A stretch of DNA of 63,790 nt from Pedosphaera sp. Lineage in GTDB: Bacteria > Verrucomicrobiota > Verrucomicrobiia > Limisphaerales > SIBH01. Positions within the stretch are counted from its first letter, which is position 1. Every line of letters begins with the position of its first letter. Position numbers and translations under genes: made by a program. Of this stretch, positions 49,729 through 57,126 are shown in pieces. The DNA is taken from contig JANOQV010000171.1 of assembly GCA_031414955.1 (NCBI GenBank), forward strand, positions 1-63,790, read 5' to 3'. The notes beneath the pieces were generated by a model that saw nothing but the letters and a program-made list of their open reading frames with translations, had not been told where the DNA came from and searched no databases.

Positions 49729-52700
49729 ATGAAGAAATCCAGCCTCCTCACCCTCCTGTTCACCATGCTGGCTGTGGCCTTTGGCCTTCCCGCCAAGGCT
49801 GTCGTCACCATTACCACCCAGCCCCAGCCTGCCACCGTGTTGGCGGGTGATGTGGCCGTGCTCACGGTCCTCGCCACGGGCACGGGCACCTTGAGCTATC
49901 AGTGGAAGAAGAATGGCGCGGCCATCGCGGGAGCAACGAACGCCGCGCTGGTCTTCAATCCCTTCGCCGCCGCCCAAGCGGGCAGCTACTCCGTGGACGT
50001 GTCCGACGCTTCGCCCAGCACGCTCCCGAGCAGTGCCGCCGCGCTCACCGTCAAAACACCCGCAGCGGGCGACGTGGACTTCTCCTTTGCGGGCGGTGCG
50101 GCCCTCGATGGCGCCGTGAATGCCGTAGCGGTGCAGAGCGATGGTAAGGTGCTTATCGGCGGCGGCTTCACCACTGTCCAAGGCGCGGCGCGAGGCGGTA
50201 TCGCACGGTTTAATAGCGATGGTTCCACCGACTATAGCTTTGGCAATGGGCTGGCCGGGGTCTTCCGGCCGTTACCGTTTATCTCCACCGTCGATTCGAT
50301 AGCCGTTCAGAGCGACGGCAAGGTGCTCATAGGCGGCAACTTCACCACGGTCAACGGCACAGCGCGCGGTCGCATTGCACGGCTGAACAGCGATGGTACA
50401 CTGGACACCGGCTTTGGCAATGGGCTGGTCGGAGCCAGCAGTAGCGTCTCTGCCATAACGGTGCAGGCCGATGGCAAGGTGCTCATCGGCGGGTTCTTCA
50501 CCACCGTCAACGGCACGACCCGTGGGCGCATCGCGCGTCTCAACAGTGACGGCACACTGGACACCGGCTTTGGCAATGGGCTGGCCGGAGCCAGCAGTAG
50601 CGTCTCTGCCATCGCCGTGCAGGGCGATGGCAAGGTGCTCATCGGCGGCTCCTTTACCAACGTCAACGGCGCGACAAACAACTGTATCGCACGGCTCAAC
50701 AGTGATGGCACACTGGACACCGGCTTTGGCAACGGACTGGCCGGAGCCAGCAGTACCGTCTTTGCCATAACGGTGCAAGGCGATGACCAGGTGCTCATTG
50801 GCGGTTCCTTCACCAGCGTCAACGGCACGGCGCGGGGTCGCATCGCGCGTCTCAACAGCGATGGCACACTGGACACGAGCTTTGGCAATGGACTGGCCGG
50901 GGCCTACGGCTTCAACGGTAGCGGTGGCAGCATCGACTCCACCAACGTCACTACCGTGTTGGTCCAGAGCGATGGGAAGGTGCTCGTCGGCGGAAAGTTC
51001 ACCACCGTCAACGGCACAGCGCGCGGTAGCATCGCGCGGCTCAATAGCGATGGGACGCTGGACACGAGCTTTGGCAACGGACTGGCTGGGACTACCGGCT
51101 TCATCTATGCCGGAGCGGTGCAGGGCGATGGCAAGGTGCTCATGGGCGGAACTTTCGGCACCGTAAATGGTACGACGCGTGTGTCCGTCGCGCGGCTCAA
51201 CAGTAATGGCACGCTGGACACTGGCTTCGATAACGGGTTGTCGGCCGGGCTCAACAGCACCGTCAACGCCTTGGTGGTGCAAAGCGATGGCCAGGTGCTC
51301 ACGGGCGGAAGCATTCCCATCTGGCGACTTAATCGCGATGGCACGCGGGATCCCAGCTTTGCCAATGTCCAGGTCAGCGAGATCACGACTATCGCCATGC
51401 AGAGTGACGGGAAGGTGCTCATCGGTTGCAACTTCACCACCGTCAATGGCGTGGCGCGCGGTCGCATCGCGCGGCTCCATAGCAACGGCACGCTGGACAC
51501 GAACTTTGGCAATGGGCTGGCCGGAGCCGACAACGTGGTCAGAGCCATCGCCGTACAAGCTGACGGCCGGGTGCTCATCGGTGGATTCTTCACCACCGTC
51601 AACGGCACGGCGCGCGGGGGCATCGCGCGGCTCAACACGGATGGCACGCTGGACACGAGCTTTGGCAACGGGCTGGCCGGAGCCGACAGCCGCGTCGATG
51701 CCGTGGTGGTGCAGAGCAATGGCAAGGTGGTCATCGGCGGACTATTCACCAACGTCAATGGCACTTTGCATAGAGGGCTGGCTTGGCTCAACAGCGATGG
51801 CACGCTGGACACGAACGGGGTATCTGGCGCCAATGACTCCGTTGCTGCCTTGGTCTTGCAAGGCGATGGCAAGGTGGTCGTTGGTGGTGCTTTCACCGCC
51901 GTAAACGGCACGGCGCGCGGACGTATCGCGCGGCTAAACACGGATGGCACGCTGGACACAAGGTTTACTAACGCACTGGCCGGGGCCAACGGCAACGTTT
52001 ATGCCATCGCAGTGCAGGGCGATGGCAAGGTGGTCATCGGTGGAGACTTCACCACCATGAGTGGCACAGCGCGCGGAAGAGTCGCGCGACTCAACAGCGA
52101 TGGAACGCTGGACACGAGCTTTGGCCACGCACTGGCCGGGGCCAACGGCACCCTCAATGCCGTGGCGGTGCAGAGCGATGATCGGGTGCTCATCGGCGGC
52201 GGCGTCAGCTTCACCGGCGCCAGCCGCTTCACCACCGCCAATGGCGTGCCGCGTGGGCACATCGCGCGGCTGTGGGGATCAGCACCGGCCTCGGTCATCA
52301 ACATCATCGCGCCCACCCTGTCCGCCCGCAGTGCGGTCTGGCGCTACTTCGACAAGACGAATGATCTCGGCACCAATTGGCGCAGCAATTCTTTCAGCGA
52401 CGTGACGTGGAGCAACGGACCCGCGCGGCTCGGTTATGGCAACGACGGCGAAGTGACGAAAGTAGCGAGCAACCGCCAATGGACGACTTATTTCCGCCGC
52501 CAGTTCTACGTTCCGGATCCCGCGCTCGTCACCGCCCTGACCGCCCGCCTCACCCGCGACGACGCCGCAGTCATCTACCTGAATGGCACCGAAGTCTGGC
52601 ACGACACCAACATCACCGGCGGGACCATCACCTATACCACCCCGGCACTCGCGGCCCTTAGCGGAGGGGACGAAACTAACTGGCTGGTCAAAACCCTGGC

Positions 52701-53034
52701 CCCATCCAGCCTCATCGCTGGCTGGAACACCCTTGCCGCCGAAATCCACAATGACAGCCAGACCGGCGGCGACCTTGGCTTCGACTTCGAGTTGACCGGC
52801 ACGACCAGCATCGTGGCGCTACCCAATTTAACCCTCTCTGCTTCCGGCGGCGGCTTCGCCCTAGCCTGGCCCGTCGAAGCGAGTTATTTCTCGCTCTCCG
52901 CCACGACGAACCTCACGCTGCCCGTCGTCTGGACTCCACTGACCAATGTGCCCGTTCTCATCAGCAATGAATGGCGAGTGACGTTGCCCACCGACACCAA
53001 CGCGCAACGATACTTTCGCCTGGGTGTGCAGTAG
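49729..53034 (+). CDS. Delta-60 repeat secreted protein, copy 2 (tandem paralog)
   Basis: Same architecture; near-identical DNA at both ends to copy 1. Confidence 0.9.
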   Translation: MKKSSLLTLLFTMLAVAFGLPAKAVVTITTQPQPATVLAGDVAVLTVLATGTGTLSYQWKKNGAAIAGATNAALVFNPFAAAQAGSYSVDVSDASPSTLPSSAAALTVKTPAAGDVDFSFAGGAALDGAVNAVAVQSDGKVLIGGGFTTVQGAARGGIARFNSDGSTDYSFGNGLAGVFRPLPFISTVDSIAVQSDGKVLIGGNFTTVNGTARGRIARLNSDGTLDTGFGNGLVGASSSVSAITVQADGKVLIGGFFTTVNGTTRGRIARLNSDGTLDTGFGNGLAGASSSVSAIAVQGDGKVLIGGSFTNVNGATNNCIARLNSDGTLDTGFGNGLAGASSTVFAITVQGDDQVLIGGSFTSVNGTARGRIARLNSDGTLDTSFGNGLAGAYGFNGSGGSIDSTNVTTVLVQSDGKVLVGGKFTTVNGTARGSIARLNSDGTLDTSFGNGLAGTTGFIYAGAVQGDGKVLMGGTFGTVNGTTRVSVARLNSNGTLDTGFDNGLSAGLNSTVNALVVQSDGQVLTGGSIPIWRLNRDGTRDPSFANVQVSEITTIAMQSDGKVLIGCNFTTVNGVARGRIARLHSNGTLDTNFGNGLAGADNVVRAIAVQADGRVLIGGFFTTVNGTARGGIARLNTDGTLDTSFGNGLAGADSRVDAVVVQSNGKVVIGGLFTNVNGTLHRGLAWLNSDGTLDTNGVSGANDSVAALVLQGDGKVVVGGAFTAVNGTARGRIARLNTDGTLDTRFTNALAGANGNVYAIAVQGDGKVVIGGDFTTMSGTARGRVARLNSDGTLDTSFGHALAGANGTLNAVAVQSDDRVLIGGGVSFTGASRFTTANGVPRGHIARLWGSAPASVINIIAPTLSARSAVWRYFDKTNDLGTNWRSNSFSDVTWSNGPARLGYGNDGEVTKVASNRQWTTYFRRQFYVPDPALVTALTARLTRDDAAVIYLNGTEVWHDTNITGGTITYTTPALAALSGGDETNWLVKTLAPSSLIAGWNTLAAEIHNDSQTGGDLGFDFELTGTTSIVALPNLTLSASGGGFALAWPVEASYFSLSATTNLTLPVVWTPLTNVPVLISNEWRVTLPTDTNAQRYFRLGVQ

Positions 53035-53222
53035 CCAACGGCCAGTTCCACTTCCGATTGACGGGCGTGCCCGGCGCGGACGCGGTCGTGCTGGAGTCTT
53101 CGACCAATCTCACAAACTGGACCGGAGTGGTCACGAATCCCGCCGCCGGCAGTCCCTTAAACTACTCGGTGCCGGCCACCAACCTTCCAGCCCAGTTCTT
53201 TCGCATCCGGCAGGAGCAATAA
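53034..53222 (+). pseudogene. Orphan C-terminal domain remnant (STNL..W/FFR)
   Basis: ANGQFHFRLTG..VLESSTNLTNW..QFFRIRQEQ-stop, no plausible start. Confidence 0.7.
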
Positions 53223-53240
53223 ACTCGCAACTCTCCCCGC

Positions 53241-56200
53241 GTGAATGGCACCGTCTGGCAACGGCTCATGGAAAACGAATCGAAACCTTGCTCGGTTTGC
53301 TCCACTCCCCTCTCGCCAGAAGGGATGTGCCCGGTCTGCGCCTTCAATGGCATCTGCATCGATGATCCGGAGCGCCCGGCGGAGGAGCCGTTGCCACGGT
53401 TGGGGCCTTATGAATTGTTGGAAGAGATCGGTCATGACGGGGCGATTGGGGTTGTCTTTCGAGCCCGTCATCGCGTGACCGGACGGGTGGTCGCGCTCAA
53501 AACCCTGCGCGGGGAACGACTCCGTTCCGCCGTGGCGGTGGAGCGGTTTCATCGCGAGATAAAGGTGGCGATGAGCTTCGACCATCCCAATCTCCTGCCC
53601 GTTTATGAAGTGGGCGAGCAACGCGGCCAGCACTTCTTCGCCATGAAGTTGGCCGAGGGCGGCAACCTGGCCCGGCAAATCGAAGACGGCCTTTGGAAAG
53701 TCTCGGGCACCGATGCGCGGGAATCCCGGCGGCAGCAGCGACGCAACGCGGCGTTTTTGCGGGACGTGGCGCTGGGCGTTCAACACGCCCACGACCGGGG
53801 CGTCCTGCACCGCGATCTGAAACCGGCGAACATTCTGCTCGATGCGGCGGGCACACCCTACGTCGCCGATTTTGGGCTGGCCAAATTGCTCGAGTCGGAA
53901 TCGGAGTTGACCCGCACCCAGGGAACCATCGGCACCCCGGCCTACATGGCTCCGGAGCAAGCCACGGGCGATGGAGAAAATGTGACGGTGCGGAGTGATG
54001 TCTGGGCCTTGGGCATCATTCTTTATGAACTCATCGCCGGGCACCTGCCATTCGAGGCTCCCACTCTGGTTGAATTGCTTCGCAGGATTGGGCAGGAGGA
54101 ACCGAGGCCACTCCGGTTGGCCAACTCGCTGGTGGATCGAGATCTGGAATCCATTTGTCTCAAGTGCCTCGGCAAAGACCCCCACCTGCGCTATGCCACC
54201 GCCGGCGATTTGGCCGGGGACATTCAGCGTTACCTGAACAACGACCCGATCTTGGCGGGGCCACCCGCGACCATTTACCGATTGAGGAAATTTGCGCGCA
54301 AACATCAGGTGGCCGCCGCGGTGACAGCGGGCTTTTTGCTGCTGGTCGTCGCCGCGGCCACGGTGAGCACGGGACTGGCCATCTGGGCCAATCGGGAACG
54401 AGTCAATGCCCTCCGGGCCGGCCGAGAGGCGACGAGCGCACACCGGCAAGCCGAGCAACGGGCCGCCGCCGAGGCCGAAGCCAAAGCCACGGCGCAACGG
54501 CAGCAACGCCGGGCCGAGGAAGCATTAACTCAAATGCAAATGCAACGAGCCGAAGATTTTTTTGCCGCCGATGATTCATCTCGCGGTCTGGCTTATCTGG
54601 CTCACGTGCTGACGAGCGATCGGTCAAATCATGTGGCGACCGACCGGCTTCTTTCCGCTTTGACTCTGCGCAACTATAATCTGCCCATCAGTGAACCGAT
54701 GCGGCATGGCCGTTTGATTTACTCCGCTCAGTTCAGCCCGGATGGATTACGCGTGGTCACCGCTTCGGAGGATAGCACCGCGCGCGTGTGGGATGCGCAG
54801 ACGGGAGAACCCATTACCGAGCCGCTCCGGCACAAAGATCAGGTTCTCTCGGCCGAGTTCAGCCCGGATGGATTGCAGGTGGTCACAGCTTCCCGAGACA
54901 AGACCGCGCGGGTCTGGAATGCCCAGTCCGGCCAACCGCTCACGGAACCATTCCGGCATTATGCGTATGTTCGCTCGGCCCATTTCAGTCCGGATGGATT
55001 GCATGTGGTCACCGCTTCTTGGGAGGAGCGGGGCGCGCGCGTGTGGGACGCCCAAACGGGAAGGCCCCTGACCGAATGGTTGCGGCATGAAGGCGGAGGA
55101 GTTTACTCGGCCCAGTTCAGCCCCGATGGTTCGCGTGTGGTTACGGCTTCCGACGACAAGTCCGCGCGCGTTTGGGATGCCCGCACGGGAAAGCCGCTCA
55201 CCGACCCGATTCGACATCACAACTCAGTTTTCACGGCCCAGTTCAGCCCGGATGGCTTGCGCGTGGTCACGACTTCTTTCGACAACGCTGCACAAGTATG
55301 GGACGCCCAGACCGGAAAGCCGATCACTGGACCGCTTCAGCACGAAGCCGGGGTTATCGACACCAAACTGGATCTGGTTCTCTCGGCCCGCTTTAGCCCG
55401 GATGGCTTGCGCGTGGTCACGGCCTCTTGGGACACCACCGCGCGGGTCTGGGACGCTCAGACGGGCAAGCCGCTCACTGAACCGCTTCGGCACGATTATC
55501 AGGTTTACTCGGCTCAGTTCAGTCCGGATGGATTGCATGTGGTCACAGCGTCCCGAGATAAGACCGCGCGCGTGTGGGATGCGCAGACCGGAAAACCACT
55601 CACTGAACCATTCCGGCATGATGACCATGTTTACTCCGCCCAGTTCGGTCCGGATGGAATGCGCGTGGTTACGGCTTCTGCAGACAAATCCGCGCGGGTC
55701 TGGGATGCCCAGACCGCCCAACCACCCAACGAACCGCTCCGGCATGAAGCTGTAGTTCTCTCGGCCCAGTTCAGTCCAGACGGGTTGCGGGTCGTCACGG
55801 CTTCGCGTGACAACACCGCACGGGTGTGGGATGCAAAGACGGGAAGGCCGCTTACCAAACCGCTCCGGCATGACAACACGGTTTACTCCGCCCGTTTCAG
55901 CCCGGATGGATCGCGGGTAGTAACGGCTTCCGAGGACCGGACCGCGCGAGTTTGGGATTCTCAGACCGGAAATCTATTCACTGAGCCGCTCCGGCATGGA
56001 GCCCAAGTTGTCTCTGCCCAGTTCAGCCCGGATGGCTTGCGCGTGGTCACGGCCTCTTGGGACACCACCGCGCGGGTCTGGGACGCTCAGACGGGAGAGC
56101 CGATTACCGAACCTCTCCAGCACAAAGATCAAGTTCGCTCGGCCCAGTTCGGCCCGGATGGATTGCGCATCGTCACGGTTTCGGCTAAGACCGCGCGAGT

Positions 56201-56984
56201 GTGGGACGCTCAAACGGGGAAGCCGCTCGGCAAACCGTTCCAGCATGCCAGCACTGTAAGCGCTGCAGAGTTTAGCCCGGATGGCTTGCGCGTGGTCACG
56301 GCTTCCGAGGACCGGACCGCGCGAATGTGGGATGCCCAGACGGGAGAGCCTATTACTGATCCGCTTCGGCATGAAGACCAAGTTCTCGCCGCCGAGTTCA
56401 GCCCGGATGGACTGCGGGTCGTCACGGCTTCCTACGATTTGACCGCGCGCGTGTGGGATGCCCAGACCGGAAAGCCGCTTTCTGAACCACTTCGACATCA
56501 GAGCACGGTATACTCGGCCCGGTTTAGTCCGGATGGATTGCGCGTGATTACAGCTTCCCGGGACAAGACCGCGCGAGTGTGGGACGCTCAAACGGGAAGA
56601 CCGCTCACCGAACCGCTCCGGCATGACAACACGGTTTACTCCGCCGAGTTTAGCCCCGACGGATTGCGGGTCGTGACCGCTTCCGTGGACGGAACCGCGC
56701 GGGTGTGGGAAATGGTTTTCGCTCCCGAGCCTGCACCGTCGTGGCTTCCTGAGTTGGCCATAGCGGTGGCGGGCCGGAGGCTGACGGGTGCAACAGTGTT
56801 TGAGCCAGTCACCATGGAAGAATTCCTGAAGCTCAAGGAGCATTTGATGAGCAGTCCCGAAACTGATTTCTACACCCGCTGGGCCAAGTGGTTTTGCGAC
56901 GATCGTTCCACCCGGTCTATCACTCCGTTTCCAACCACCACCGGGCCGAGCGGAACCCGCGAGGCATCGACTGAGACACGTTAG
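53241..56984 (+). CDS. Hanks-type Ser/Thr kinase with TM helix, coiled coil and 16 WD40 repeats
   Basis: VALK, HRDLKPANILL, DFG, GTPAYMAPEQ, DVWALG; 16 x FSPDGLRVVTAS.D.TARVWDAQTG; alternative start ATG 53268. Confidence 0.93.
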   Translation: MNGTVWQRLMENESKPCSVCSTPLSPEGMCPVCAFNGICIDDPERPAEEPLPRLGPYELLEEIGHDGAIGVVFRARHRVTGRVVALKTLRGERLRSAVAVERFHREIKVAMSFDHPNLLPVYEVGEQRGQHFFAMKLAEGGNLARQIEDGLWKVSGTDARESRRQQRRNAAFLRDVALGVQHAHDRGVLHRDLKPANILLDAAGTPYVADFGLAKLLESESELTRTQGTIGTPAYMAPEQATGDGENVTVRSDVWALGIILYELIAGHLPFEAPTLVELLRRIGQEEPRPLRLANSLVDRDLESICLKCLGKDPHLRYATAGDLAGDIQRYLNNDPILAGPPATIYRLRKFARKHQVAAAVTAGFLLLVVAAATVSTGLAIWANRERVNALRAGREATSAHRQAEQRAAAEAEAKATAQRQQRRAEEALTQMQMQRAEDFFAADDSSRGLAYLAHVLTSDRSNHVATDRLLSALTLRNYNLPISEPMRHGRLIYSAQFSPDGLRVVTASEDSTARVWDAQTGEPITEPLRHKDQVLSAEFSPDGLQVVTASRDKTARVWNAQSGQPLTEPFRHYAYVRSAHFSPDGLHVVTASWEERGARVWDAQTGRPLTEWLRHEGGGVYSAQFSPDGSRVVTASDDKSARVWDARTGKPLTDPIRHHNSVFTAQFSPDGLRVVTTSFDNAAQVWDAQTGKPITGPLQHEAGVIDTKLDLVLSARFSPDGLRVVTASWDTTARVWDAQTGKPLTEPLRHDYQVYSAQFSPDGLHVVTASRDKTARVWDAQTGKPLTEPFRHDDHVYSAQFGPDGMRVVTASADKSARVWDAQTAQPPNEPLRHEAVVLSAQFSPDGLRVVTASRDNTARVWDAKTGRPLTKPLRHDNTVYSARFSPDGSRVVTASEDRTARVWDSQTGNLFTEPLRHGAQVVSAQFSPDGLRVVTASWDTTARVWDAQTGEPITEPLQHKDQVRSAQFGPDGLRIVTVSAKTARVWDAQTGKPLGKPFQHASTVSAAEFSPDGLRVVTASEDRTARMWDAQTGEPITDPLRHEDQVLAAEFSPDGLRVVTASYDLTARVWDAQTGKPLSEPLRHQSTVYSARFSPDGLRVITASRDKTARVWDAQTGRPLTEPLRHDNTVYSAEFSPDGLRVVTASVDGTARVWEMVFAPEPAPSWLPELAIAVAGRRLTGATVFEPVTMEEFLKLKEHLMSSPETDFYTRWAKWFCDDRSTRSITPFPTTTGPSGTREASTETR

Positions 56985-57126
56985 GAGCCTGTCGGGCCTG
57001 CTTGGGCGGTGTTTTTCAAGGTGTTTCCGCCCGCCTCATGGCAAACCGTGACCAACGACGCAAGCCCGACGAATCGCTTCTACCGCTTGCGGCGGCAGAG
57101 ACCATGCTGGTCCGCGCGCACTCGCC

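Noticed and set aside
46800..56712. Regularly spaced DNA repeats that might suggest a CRISPR array or DGR template/variable repeats
   Set aside because: They are in-frame protein repeats (delta-60, WD40); no cas or reverse transcriptase gene, and no adenine-specific mismatch pattern was apparent
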